In this document: one piece after another, positions 18,473 to 27,956 of the stretch
Layout: each line of letters begins with the position of its first letter
Position numbering within the stretch: the stretch's first letter is position 1
NCBI GenBank assembly: GCA_009774585.1
Contig: VSOA01000001.1
Span: forward strand, 1,610 to 65,609
Length of the DNA: 64,000 bases
Direction: 5' to 3'
Origin: Lachnospiraceae bacterium
GTDB taxonomy: Bacteria; Bacillota; Clostridia; Lachnospirales; Lachnospiraceae
The notes under the pieces: model-generated
What the model was told of the DNA's origin: nothing
What the model saw: the letters and a program-made list of their open reading frames with translations, nothing else
Databases searched by the model: none
Program-made: the position numbers and the translations under genes

Positions 18473-19927
18473 ATGAATACAATAATGGAACAGGAAGACA
18501 AGGCGGAGCAGACAGACAAATTAGGCGAGGAGTGCGGTGTATTCGGCATCTATGATTTTGACGGATCAGATGTGGCGTCCACAATCTATTATGGTTTGTT
18601 TGCCTTGCAGCACAGAGGGCAGGAGAGTTGTGGTATTGCGGTCAGCGACACAGCCGGACCGAAAGGAAGGGTATTGAGTGCCAAGGAGATGGGGCTTCTG
18701 AACGAGAACTTTACCCCGGAAACCTTGGAGAAGCTAAAAGGCGATATCGGCATCGGGCATGTCCGCTATTCGACGACGGGCAGCAGTACAAGGGAAAACG
18801 CCCAGCCGCTTGTACTAAACTATGTCAAAGGCACATTGGGATTGGCACATAACGGAAATCTGATTAATGCGGGCGAACTTCGGCATGAATTGGAATATTC
18901 CGGTGCGATATTTCAGACGACGATAGATTCGGAGGTCATTGCCTATCATATTGCCAGAGAACGCTTAAACAGTAAGAGCGTAGAAGAGGCGGTGGGACGT
19001 GCCATGCATAAGATGAAAGGCGCTTACTCGCTGGTGATCATGTCGCCACGTAAGCTAATCGGTGCAAGGGACCCTTACGGATTCAAACCGCTTTGCATCG
19101 GAAAGAGAGACAATGCCTATATTCTTGCTTCGGAGACTTGTGCGCTCGATACCATCGGCGCAGAATTTGTGAGAGATGTGGAGCCGGGCGAAATTGTTAC
19201 GATATCACCGGATAAGGGAATAGAATCCGATAAGAGCATGTGCCTTCCGAGAAAGCAGCATGGCAGATGTATCTTTGAGTATATTTATTTTGCCAGACCG
19301 GACAGCCGTATTGACGGCGTCAGCGTCTATCATTCACGTATTATGGCAGGCAGATTTCTGGCGATGGATTCGCCTGTGGAAGCCGATTTGGTGGTAGGTG
19401 TGCCGGAGTCGGGTAACTGTGCGGCGCTGGGTTATTCGATGCAGTCGGGCATCCCTTACGGACAAGCATTTGTGAAAAACACATATGTGGGACGGACCTT
19501 TATTAAGCCGGGGCAGAAGAGCCGTGAGAGCAGCGTGCAGGTGAAACTTAACGCAGTCAAAGAGGCAGTAGCCGGTAAGCGCATTATTATGATAGATGAT
19601 TCCATTGTCAGAGGGACGACTTCGGATCGTATCGTCAGAATGCTTAGGGAAGCAGGAGCAAAAGAAGTACATATGAGAGTCAGTTCACCGCCGTTCCTAT
19701 ATCCTTGCTATTTCGGTACGGATGTACCGGCAAGAGAACAACTGATCGCCTATGAACGTTCCGTGGAGGATATCTGTAAAATAATCGGTGCGGATTCTCT
19801 TGGCTATCTTAAAATGGAACGGTTGGAGGAAATGGCGGAGGGACTGGAAATCTGTAAAGGATGCTTTACGGGGCAATATCCGCTTACGCCGCCCGAAGAG
19901 GACATCAGAGGAGAGTATGAGCGGTAA
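18473..19927 (+). CDS. purF: Amidophosphoribosyltransferase
   Basis: The Ntn Cys motif ECGVFGIY follows a short propeptide. The PRTase motif IIMIDDSIVRGTT is present, as are C-terminal Fe-S-type cysteines. Confidence 0.95.
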   Translation: MNTIMEQEDKAEQTDKLGEECGVFGIYDFDGSDVASTIYYGLFALQHRGQESCGIAVSDTAGPKGRVLSAKEMGLLNENFTPETLEKLKGDIGIGHVRYSTTGSSTRENAQPLVLNYVKGTLGLAHNGNLINAGELRHELEYSGAIFQTTIDSEVIAYHIARERLNSKSVEEAVGRAMHKMKGAYSLVIMSPRKLIGARDPYGFKPLCIGKRDNAYILASETCALDTIGAEFVRDVEPGEIVTISPDKGIESDKSMCLPRKQHGRCIFEYIYFARPDSRIDGVSVYHSRIMAGRFLAMDSPVEADLVVGVPESGNCAALGYSMQSGIPYGQAFVKNTYVGRTFIKPGQKSRESSVQVKLNAVKEAVAGKRIIMIDDSIVRGTTSDRIVRMLREAGAKEVHMRVSSPPFLYPCYFGTDVPAREQLIAYERSVEDICKIIGADSLGYLKMERLEEMAEGLEICKGCFTGQYPLTPPEEDIRGEYER

Positions 19928-19954
19928 GAAGGGAACAGAAAGAAGGGGATTCGT

Positions 19955-20329
19955 ATGAAAAGAAAACTTGGAATTGCAAGATGCGGACTGGCATGTTGCC
20001 TGTGCTCCAAAAACGACAGCTGTAACGGATGCAGTGCCGGTGAATGTCCTGATAAAGAATGGTGTGAGAACCGGAACTGCTCCCTTGCAAGAGGAATATC
20101 AAATTGTTTCTTATGTGAAATTGACTGCAGGAGAGGGTTCTTATCGAAAGATAAACCTTATGCATTCACGGTGTTTGCGAAACGTTACGGACTTGAAGCC
20201 CTGCTCGACTGTCTTGAAAGGAATGAAAAAAACGGCATAATTTATCATAGGGAAGGATTCTGCGGTGATTATGACGGTTTCGACGATGTAGAGAAATTGA
20301 TTGATTTCATAAAAACCGGGCAGCGGTAA
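19955..20329 (+). CDS. Small cysteine-rich protein (resembles the DUF3795-type family; name from memory)
   Basis: The first 60 residues carry 12 Cys (CGLACCLCSKNDSCNGCSAGEC...CENRNC...CFLCEIDC). The ribosome-binding site is AAGGGGA. Confidence 0.7.
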   Translation: MKRKLGIARCGLACCLCSKNDSCNGCSAGECPDKEWCENRNCSLARGISNCFLCEIDCRRGFLSKDKPYAFTVFAKRYGLEALLDCLERNEKNGIIYHREGFCGDYDGFDDVEKLIDFIKTGQR

Positions 20330-20414
20330 CGCCCGGTTCAACAGAAGAAAATGAACCCAAAACAGTACAAGGTTGAAAGAACATTCCTGAAAACGATGTG
20401 AAGGGGGAAATTGT

Positions 20415-20690
20415 ATGGCTGTACAGTACAGAAAATTAACGGAAAAGGAAATAGACCACTTTATTGAAATGAGAATCTGCCAACTGCGGGAGGAAGGCGC
20501 GACGGAGGATATAGATATCAGACCTGCCTTAGCGGATTATTATAACAGGCATATGGCGGATGGCACTTTTGTCTCGTGGCTGGCGGTTGATGAGGATATA
20601 ATCGTAGGGACGAGCGGAATGTCATTCATTGAGAAACCGCCATATTTTGGCTTTGTGAAAAACGGTAATTTTATGCAATACAATTTGTAG
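20415..20690 (+). pseudogene. Truncated GNAT N-acetyltransferase remnant (N-terminal half only)
   Basis: The 91-aa ORF has a GNAT-like N-terminus (KEIDHFIEMR...VSWLAVDEDIIVGTSGMSF). It ends before the acetyl-CoA-binding Q/RxxGxG/A motif. Confidence 0.5.
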
Positions 20691-20732
20691 AGTGAAATTA
20701 TAAATATATCTCAGAAGAATAGGAGAAAGACT

Positions 20733-22184
20733 ATGAGTACAGACAGATATGTAAGTCCGTTATCGGAACGTTATGCCAGCAAGGAGATGCAGTATATCTT
20801 TTCGCCGGATATGAAATTCAGAACATGGAGGAAGCTATGGATTGCTTTGGCGGAGACAGAGATGGAGTTAGGGTTATGTCAGAACGGAGAGCCGGTCATC
20901 ACCCAAGAACAGATTGACGAATTAAAGGCACATGCCGAAGACATTAATTATGATGTGGCGAAAGCCCGTGAGAAGGAAGTGCGCCACGACGTGATGAGCC
21001 ACGTTTATGCATATGGTAAACAGTGTCCGAAGGCGGCTGGCATTATACATCTGGGAGCGACGTCCTGTTATGTGGGAGATAACACGGATATTATCGTGAT
21101 GACGGAAGCTTTGAAGTTAGTGAAGAAGAAACTGGTCAACGTAATCGCTGAACTCGCCAAGTTTGCCGGACAGTATAAGAACCTGCCGACGCTCGCTTTT
21201 ACCCATTTTCAGCCGGCGCAGCCGACAACGGTTGGTAAGCGGGCAACATTGTGGGCGCAGGAGTTTTGTCTTGATCTGGAAGATTTGGATTATGTACTGT
21301 CCACAATGAAACTGCTTGGGTCCAAAGGAACGACGGGAACGCAGGCCTCATTTCTCGAATTGTTTGACGGGGATCAGGAAACCATTGACAAGATCGATCC
21401 GATGATTGCTGAGAAAATGGGGTTTGAGAAATGTTATCCGGTGTCGGGACAAACCTATTCCCGTAAGGTCGATACGAGGGTGTGCAACGTACTTGCGGGA
21501 GTTGCCGCGTCGGCACATAAGATGTCTAACGATATCAGACTTCTGCAGCATCTGAAAGAAGTAGAAGAGCCTTTCGAGAAGAGCCAGATTGGGTCTTCCG
21601 CCATGGCTTACAAGAGAAATCCGATGAGAAGTGAGCGCATCGCTTCCTTGTCCAGATATGTGATGGTAGATGCCTTAAACCCGGCAATCACCTCTGCAAC
21701 CCAGTGGTTTGAAAGAACATTAGATGATTCGGCGAACAAGAGACTGTCTATTCCGGAGGCGTTCTTGGCGGTTGACGGCATTCTTGATTTGTGCCTGAAT
21801 GTGGTGGACGGGCTGGTGGTCTATGACAAAGTGATTACAAAACGTCTGATGAGCGAGCTGCCCTTTATGGCGACGGAGAATATCATGATGGATGCCGTGA
21901 AGCTGGGTGGCAATCGTCAGGAACTGCATGAGAAGATCAGAGAGCTGTCCATGGAGGCGGGAGCCAACGTGAAACGTGAAGGAAAGGAAAACAATTTGTT
22001 AGAACTGATTGCCGCGGATCCCGCTTTCAATTTGACGCAGGAAGAGCTGGCAAAGACGATGGATCCGTCCAGATATGTAGGTCGTGCGCCTCTTCAGGTG
22101 GAGAAATTCTTATCGGAGGTTGTAAATCCGATATTAGAAGAAAACAAAGAACTGCTTGGCATGAAAGCTGAGATTAACGTGTAG
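20733..22184 (+). CDS. purB: Adenylosuccinate lyase
   Basis: A full-length fumarate-lyase-superfamily ORF. The signature GSSAMAYKRNP is present, and the N-terminus (SPLSERYASKEM) is typical of PurB. Confidence 0.95.
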   Translation: MSTDRYVSPLSERYASKEMQYIFSPDMKFRTWRKLWIALAETEMELGLCQNGEPVITQEQIDELKAHAEDINYDVAKAREKEVRHDVMSHVYAYGKQCPKAAGIIHLGATSCYVGDNTDIIVMTEALKLVKKKLVNVIAELAKFAGQYKNLPTLAFTHFQPAQPTTVGKRATLWAQEFCLDLEDLDYVLSTMKLLGSKGTTGTQASFLELFDGDQETIDKIDPMIAEKMGFEKCYPVSGQTYSRKVDTRVCNVLAGVAASAHKMSNDIRLLQHLKEVEEPFEKSQIGSSAMAYKRNPMRSERIASLSRYVMVDALNPAITSATQWFERTLDDSANKRLSIPEAFLAVDGILDLCLNVVDGLVVYDKVITKRLMSELPFMATENIMMDAVKLGGNRQELHEKIRELSMEAGANVKREGKENNLLELIAADPAFNLTQEELAKTMDPSRYVGRAPLQVEKFLSEVVNPILEENKELLGMKAEINV

Positions 22185-22220
22185 ACGGCAGGATGACTAC
22201 GAAGGAAAACCGGTGGCAGT

Positions 22221-23390
22221 GTGCATAAGAGAAATCAAGATACCAGAACAAAAAAGATAAAACATAATTTCATAATGTGTGCCGCATTTCTTTGTATGGT
22301 GATTTTGATATCCGCACTTCACCCGTTGTATATTTGCGCAGTGGGTGAGAATATGACAGCGGATGAAGAGTCTGAGCGGCAGAAAGCTGACAGTCAGCTT
22401 CTTGCAGAATACGAGGATTATCTGGCGAGGCTTAATGCCCCTCAGAGAGGGTGGGAGATTGACGACAACGGGTTTCGCGTGATAGAGAATCAGATTTTTC
22501 CGATTGAGACAAACTGTTTTGGAGAGGTCTCGCTTGTTCCGGCTATGGAGGAGAAATATCACCGCCTTGCATTGTTTTTTACAAAAGAGGACGGGACGGT
22601 CATTTACAGAACGGATCAACTGGCCGTTAACAGTTGGAATATCGGCAGTTTAGAACAGCCGATTCGTGCCATCAGTGCAGTATCGTTTCAGGATTTAAAC
22701 CGGGATGGCAGAATGGATATCATATTGATTGCTGATTGCAGGAACAAGACGGGTTCCTATTCGGGTAAGACATATAAGGTAGGCGACGTGCTTTTTCAAG
22801 GCGACGACGGATTTTATCGTGATTACCGTATTTCTGATAAGATTAACAGATTTGGGATGAACAAAAGTGCGGAGAGTATCATTGCCTATGTCAGAGACGG
22901 ACATTCGACGGAATTTCTCTATACGGCATCAACGAAGAATGAACTTTTAAGAAACGGATTCGTCATTACCGCTGAGCAGGATTACTCCAGACAATTTGAG
23001 AAACTGGGATATCTGGAAGTAATGCCGGGAACGTACAAGATGGCGGAGTTCGCCACGTTTATGATTTATCTTGTGAACGAGCAGGGTAATATCGTGTGGA
23101 GTTTCCAGCCAATGGGGGATTTTGATAATCTGTATGCACTCAAAGGGATAGCCTGCAGGGATATCGACGGGGACGGCATGAAAGACATTCTTGTGCTTGC
23201 GCGTTATAGTTACGCAGGCAGTAATAACGAAGTGCTCATAAAGAGTGATTATGAGATTTATTACCAGCGTACCGGCGGATTTGAGACAGATACGGAAGTG
23301 AAGAAGAAAGTAATGTGCAACGATGAAGATACGGTTGCGGGACTTGTAGAGAAGGCGAGAGCCTATTGGGGGTGGAGTCCGGAGACATGA
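22221..23390 (+). CDS. Secreted or membrane-anchored protein with FG-GAP/VCBS-like Ca-binding repeats
   Basis: An N-terminal hydrophobic segment is present. Two DxDxDG-type motifs are embedded in beta-strand context (DLNRDGRMDIILIAD, DIDGDGMKDILVLAR). The stop overlaps the next start as ATGA. Confidence 0.65.
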   Translation: MHKRNQDTRTKKIKHNFIMCAAFLCMVILISALHPLYICAVGENMTADEESERQKADSQLLAEYEDYLARLNAPQRGWEIDDNGFRVIENQIFPIETNCFGEVSLVPAMEEKYHRLALFFTKEDGTVIYRTDQLAVNSWNIGSLEQPIRAISAVSFQDLNRDGRMDIILIADCRNKTGSYSGKTYKVGDVLFQGDDGFYRDYRISDKINRFGMNKSAESIIAYVRDGHSTEFLYTASTKNELLRNGFVITAEQDYSRQFEKLGYLEVMPGTYKMAEFATFMIYLVNEQGNIVWSFQPMGDFDNLYALKGIACRDIDGDGMKDILVLARYSYAGSNNEVLIKSDYEIYYQRTGGFETDTEVKKKVMCNDEDTVAGLVEKARAYWGWSPET

Positions 23391-24043
23391 TTAAGATACT
23401 GATTGTAGACGATGAAAAACCGATTTGTGATTTGATTGATATGAATCTGTCGGCGGCAGGATATTCCTGTACGGCGGTACAGGACGGGCTGGAGGCGATA
23501 GATGCGGTTGAGAACAACACGTTCGACCTAGTGCTGCTTGACATTATGCTGCCGGGGGCGGACGGCTATGACGTGATGGACTACATAAAACCGTATAAAG
23601 TTCCTGTCATATTTATCTCGGCAAAACATGAGGTGAGAGACAGAGTGAAAGGGCTGAAACTTGGAGCGGATGATTATCTGGTCAAGCCCTTTGACGTGAC
23701 GGAACTTCTTGCGAGAGTGGAGGCAGTTCTGCGTAGATACAACAAGGCTGAGAAGAAGCTTACCGTCGGAGAGATTGAGATTGATATTGAAGCGAGGCGG
23801 GTGACGCGGGCAGGGAATCCTGTACCTCTTACCAGTAAGGAATTTGATTTGCTGATGCTTTTTGCAGAGAACAGAAATGTTGCTTTGTTTCGTGAGAATC
23901 TGTATGAAAAAGTATGGGATGACGAGTACTATGCTAACAGCAGAACATTGGATTTGCATGTACAGAGGCTCAGAAAGAAGCTTGGCTGGGAGAAAAACCT
24001 TGTGGCGGTCTACAAGGTAGGGTATCGGCTGGAAGTGAAATGA
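23387..24043 (+). CDS. OmpR/PhoB-family response regulator
   Basis: A receiver domain (KILIVDDE...LVLLDIMLPG...KP) and a winged-helix output domain (LTSKEFDLLMLF...YKVGYRLE). Confidence 0.9.
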   Translation: MIKILIVDDEKPICDLIDMNLSAAGYSCTAVQDGLEAIDAVENNTFDLVLLDIMLPGADGYDVMDYIKPYKVPVIFISAKHEVRDRVKGLKLGADDYLVKPFDVTELLARVEAVLRRYNKAEKKLTVGEIEIDIEARRVTRAGNPVPLTSKEFDLLMLFAENRNVALFRENLYEKVWDDEYYANSRTLDLHVQRLRKKLGWEKNLVAVYKVGYRLEVK

Positions 24044-24084
24044 GGTAAGGTTCTTCGGAATTTACTTTACATGTGGAGATGAAG

Positions 24085-25512
24085 ATGAAATTTTCCCAAA
24101 AACTATTACTGTGGACTATGATCATCATAGCCCTCACACTTGGCTTTAGCGGCTATTATTTTGTAAATTATGTGTTTGAGACTTCACTTACAAGGGAAGT
24201 GGGACAGGCGCTTGACGAAAACAGCATTCTGCGTTTTGCATTTGAGACGGCGGCGCTGAATGTTCCGGTGAAATATAATCTTTTGCAGGACAGTTCGGTA
24301 GAGCAGATCGCTTCCCAATTGGAAGCGCGTGGGCAGGGGACGCAGCGTTTACTTCGTCTTTCTGATGAAGAGAAGAATGTCCTCTATGCCAGCGACGGTT
24401 TTGAGACGGACGATGAACTGCTTGCTTCCACGGAGGAAAACAGATATTCTTACCGTGTGATCCAGCTTGGTGAACATTACTACATCCAGACAGGCAGCAG
24501 CGTCAATGCGCTCGGAAGAGTGTTGTATCTGGAAACGCTCAGGGACGTATCACAAGTGTTCGAAGAGCGCAGAATGGGATTTACGGTCTACAGACGGCTG
24601 ATGATGCTTATGCTTGTTTTTGGCATTATCATTATGTATTTTATTGCTTCACGTCTGACGAAACCGATCAGACTGCTTACACGGGCGACGAAGGAGATGG
24701 CGGCCGGAGATTACGGTTACCGTGCGAAACAGGTCAGCAATGATGAACTGGGGCAGTTGACGCAGAATTTCAACCATATGTCGGAGGAACTGGAGAAGAC
24801 AATCGGACAGTTGGAAGATGAAGTGCAGGCAAGAGAAGATTTTGTGGGCGCATTTGCTCATGAGTTAAAGACACCTCTTACCTCAATTATCGGTTACGCG
24901 GATATGCTGCGTTCCAGAAAGCTGGATGAAGAGAAGAGTCTTTTATCCGCCAATTATATTTATACGGAGGGCAAAAGGCTTGAGTCGATGTCGCTGCGCC
25001 TTCTGGATATTATCGTGACGAAGAAAGAAGGTGCAAAACTTCAGAGAATACCGGTGGCAGCTCTGTTTGAATATCTTCGCAGTATGTTCCTTCCGAATCA
25101 GAGTATGGAATTCATTTTTCAATATGAAGAGGCTTATGTGATGGCGGATTCCAGCTTGATTCAGACAGTGCTTGTAAATCTTCTGGACAACGCGTGTAAA
25201 GCGTCGGAGCAGGGAAGCAGGATCGAGACGGAAGGGCGTTTAGAGCAGGATGGATATCGTTTTACCGTCAGAGATTACGGCATCGGTATTCCGGATGAAG
25301 AAGTGTCGAAGATTACACAGGCGTTCTATATGGTTGATAAATCCCGTTCCCGCAGCAGGAACGGCGCGGGGCTCGGATTATCGCTCTGTACGGAAATACT
25401 TGCACTGCACGGCAGTAGTCTTGAGATTAAGAGCAGACTCGGAGAGGGTACTGAGGTCGGATTTCTTTTGCAGGAGGGAAAGGAGGAGCAGTATGAAGCA
25501 ATACATTCTTAA
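24085..25512 (+). CDS. Sensor histidine kinase (2 TM, HAMP, HisKA, HATPase)
   Basis: The H-box is FAHELKTPLTSI. The N and G boxes are NLLDNACKA, DYGIGI and GLGLSL. Alternative in-frame starts exist at 24073 and 24079. Confidence 0.9.
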   Translation: MKFSQKLLLWTMIIIALTLGFSGYYFVNYVFETSLTREVGQALDENSILRFAFETAALNVPVKYNLLQDSSVEQIASQLEARGQGTQRLLRLSDEEKNVLYASDGFETDDELLASTEENRYSYRVIQLGEHYYIQTGSSVNALGRVLYLETLRDVSQVFEERRMGFTVYRRLMMLMLVFGIIIMYFIASRLTKPIRLLTRATKEMAAGDYGYRAKQVSNDELGQLTQNFNHMSEELEKTIGQLEDEVQAREDFVGAFAHELKTPLTSIIGYADMLRSRKLDEEKSLLSANYIYTEGKRLESMSLRLLDIIVTKKEGAKLQRIPVAALFEYLRSMFLPNQSMEFIFQYEEAYVMADSSLIQTVLVNLLDNACKASEQGSRIETEGRLEQDGYRFTVRDYGIGIPDEEVSKITQAFYMVDKSRSRSRNGAGLGLSLCTEILALHGSSLEIKSRLGEGTEVGFLLQEGKEEQYEAIHS

Positions 25513-26317
25513 TCTGGCGCTCCTCGCACTGACGGCCGCGGTAGTAGTCTTGTCGATATGGGGGCCGGAAGCGCTTGCGACGTATAAAGACAGAGGAGTG
25601 CTCGACCGGATAAGGACACAGGAGGAGGAAACCGGCGGCGAGGGATATCGTTATCAGTTGAGCCGCAATGAAAAGCTTTATATTTTATCGCAGTGTCTTA
25701 ATTCTCAGAGTATGCCCGGAACGGAACAGAGTTCGCAGACGAAGGACGTAGAGACGGCCTATCAGGAATTGGCGGGTACTTATGCCTTTGTGGTCAATCA
25801 TAACGGACCGTCAGGACAGGAAATCACGGATGAAGAAATCTATGAGACGGTGAATGCAGGGCTTGCTGCGCTGAAGGATCTGGGTATTTTGCCGGACGCC
25901 GTTAAGGAAGTAAACGCAGATTCCTATGAGGTGACTTTATATTCGGCGATTGACGTGCCGGAGCCGAGGAACAACGTTGCAGTCTGGAAAATGAGTCTTT
26001 CGGGCAGCCTTCAAAATGCCAATAAAGAGAATCGTCTGCTGGATGCATATGTTGATGCGGATGACGGCAAAATATATGAATTTTATGTGCGTTCGCAGCT
26101 TAAATGGGAGCAGATTGATCCTGATGCATTGGTGGAAGCATGGAGCGGATACATGGGGCTGACGGCGCCGGAAGCTTATGAGACGGACAATCCGCTTTTG
26201 GAGACGACGCCGTATTACAAGAAATATGTTTTTTCAGGTCCCGGAGGGGAGAGAACCGTTGTGACGGTTGGATTTTATGACGGTATTGACGAGCTTTTCC
26301 TTAAAATTACTAAATGA
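25493..26317 (+). CDS. Membrane-anchored extracytoplasmic protein, possible kinase accessory protein
   Basis: The ATG at 25493 follows GGAAAGGAGGAG and overlaps the kinase 3' end by 20 nt. An N-terminal TM is present (LNLALLALTAAVVVLSIW). The rest of the protein has no recognised motif. Confidence 0.7.
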   Translation: MKQYILNLALLALTAAVVVLSIWGPEALATYKDRGVLDRIRTQEEETGGEGYRYQLSRNEKLYILSQCLNSQSMPGTEQSSQTKDVETAYQELAGTYAFVVNHNGPSGQEITDEEIYETVNAGLAALKDLGILPDAVKEVNADSYEVTLYSAIDVPEPRNNVAVWKMSLSGSLQNANKENRLLDAYVDADDGKIYEFYVRSQLKWEQIDPDALVEAWSGYMGLTAPEAYETDNPLLETTPYYKKYVFSGPGGERTVVTVGFYDGIDELFLKITK

Positions 26318-26377
26318 TGCAAAAATGATGCAACTTTGATGGAACTATGTTACAAAAATGATGAAATTATGATGCAC
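26312..26377 (+). promoter_or_regulatory. Six tandem, helically phased 11-bp direct repeats (candidate response-regulator binding array)
   Basis: The repeats are aaatgatgcaa, aaatgatgcaa, ctttgatggaa, ctatgttacaa, aaatgatgaaa and ttatgatgcac, contiguous with an exact 11-nt period. The array ends about 6 nt before a TATATG/TTATAT -10-like hexamer and 47 nt before the next start codon. Confidence 0.6.
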
Positions 26378-26423
26378 CTTTCTTATATGCTGGTAGCAGA
26401 TACAGGAGAGGAGCATCATTTTT

Positions 26424-27866
26424 ATGTACGGAAGATCAAGAAGCTTATATAGGAAACAGAGAAGAAAAGAAGAAATCAGGGGATATCTTGGGAGGATGAT
26501 GTGGGTGGTGACGATACTTTGTATCATCACCGTTGCCGTAGCGATGGCAGTGCAGACGGCCAAAGCTTCCAAGGTAATTGCGGCGGAAGCCGTGGTGACA
26601 GATGCGATGACGACGGATGTTCCTGTCTTACTTGATGAAAACAATGTGACAGACGTTGCGCAGGCAGTGATTTCCGGTCAGTTAATGATAACGGATAAAG
26701 CGCAGGAACGTGCAAGGATCGAGGCGGAACGCGTAATCATCATAGACCCCGGGCATGGCGGTATGGACGGAGGATGCGTCTTTGAGGATATAGCAGAGAA
26801 GGATATTAACAGGAAGATTGCTTACCGCGTGATGCAGAAACTGAGAATTATGGGGTATCGTGTGGAGTTGGCCAGAACAGGCGATGATTATATAGATAAG
26901 ACGGAGAGAGTGGATATGGCGAACGGCAGGAACGCCAGACTATATGTCAGTATTCATCAAAACTCCTGTGAAGATAAAAGCGTGGCAGGAATCGAAACGT
27001 GGTATGATGAAAATGACGAGACATCGGATAGCAGGCGGCTGGCAATGTTGATACAGCAGGAGACAGTAAAGGCAACGGGAGCGCAGGGCAGGGAACTCGT
27101 ATCGGATCCGGAGATGTGTGTGACAAGCAAGAGTGCGATGCCGGCATGTCTTATCGAGACGGGATTTCTTTCTAATAAGACGGAACGTGAAAAACTGGCT
27201 TCTGCAGAATACAGAGATCAGATTGCAGAGGGGATTGCCAACGGGATAGACCTTTATTTGAATCCTAAGACGATGTACCTGACATTTGACGATGGACCAT
27301 CCGAGGAATATACAGATATGGTGCTGGATGTATTAAAAGAAAAAAATATCAAAGCGACGTTTTTTCTAATCGGGGAATATGTCAGGAAATATCCTGAGAC
27401 GGCGAAGCGCATTGCCGAGGAAGGACATACAATCGGCATTCACTGTGACGTACATGATTATCAAAAGATATATGCAAGCGTGGACAGTTATCTGGAAGAT
27501 TTTGAGAATGCGTATGATACGGTCTATGAAATCACGGGTGTGGAAGCTGAGTTTTTCCGCTTCCCGGGCGGAAGTGTGAATGCGTATAATAAGGCGGTAT
27601 ATCAGGATATCATTGAGGAAATGGAGACGAGAGGATTTGTGTATTATGATTGGAACGCCAGTCTGGGAGATGCCGGAAAAAACAGCCTGACTTCAGAAGA
27701 ACTCATTGGCAATGCAGTAGCTACGGCACGCGGAAGAAGGGAGGTAGTGATGCTTGCCCATGATAGAGTGGACAACACGGCATACGCTCTGGAGAAGCTG
27801 ATAGATTCACTGCCGGAATACCGGATGGAACCGTTGACAACGAAGGCAGCGCCGGTACAGTTCTGA
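26424..27866 (+). CDS. Fusion protein: N-acetylmuramoyl-L-alanine amidase (Amidase_3) plus polysaccharide deacetylase (NodB/CE4)
   Basis: An N-terminal TM anchor is present. The amidase motifs are IIIDPGHGGMDGG, SIHQNS and ETGFLSN. The NodB motifs are LTFDDGPS, IGIHCDVHD and FRFPGGS. Confidence 0.85.
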   Translation: MYGRSRSLYRKQRRKEEIRGYLGRMMWVVTILCIITVAVAMAVQTAKASKVIAAEAVVTDAMTTDVPVLLDENNVTDVAQAVISGQLMITDKAQERARIEAERVIIIDPGHGGMDGGCVFEDIAEKDINRKIAYRVMQKLRIMGYRVELARTGDDYIDKTERVDMANGRNARLYVSIHQNSCEDKSVAGIETWYDENDETSDSRRLAMLIQQETVKATGAQGRELVSDPEMCVTSKSAMPACLIETGFLSNKTEREKLASAEYRDQIAEGIANGIDLYLNPKTMYLTFDDGPSEEYTDMVLDVLKEKNIKATFFLIGEYVRKYPETAKRIAEEGHTIGIHCDVHDYQKIYASVDSYLEDFENAYDTVYEITGVEAEFFRFPGGSVNAYNKAVYQDIIEEMETRGFVYYDWNASLGDAGKNSLTSEELIGNAVATARGRREVVMLAHDRVDNTAYALEKLIDSLPEYRMEPLTTKAAPVQF

Positions 27867-27956
27867 CGATTAATGAGAATATATGTAACGAGAGAGGATT
27901 AGAGGATTTTTCACAAGCGGGATTTGTGCCAAGTGTGTGCAGAAATGAGGATTAAG

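Noticed and set aside
20314-20338. The hairpin AACCGGGC-N9-GCCCGGTT overlapping the stop of the Cys-rich gene, considered as a terminator.
   Set aside because: No U-tract follows it on the plus strand. The T-run would only exist for a minus-strand transcript, and there is no minus-strand gene upstream of it. Its function is uncertain, so it is not annotated.
25250-25492. The upstream 81-codon extension of the ORF beginning at 25250.
   Set aside because: The extension overlaps the conserved HATPase domain of the kinase in another frame. The internal ATG at 25493 has a strong ribosome-binding site and immediately precedes the TM anchor.
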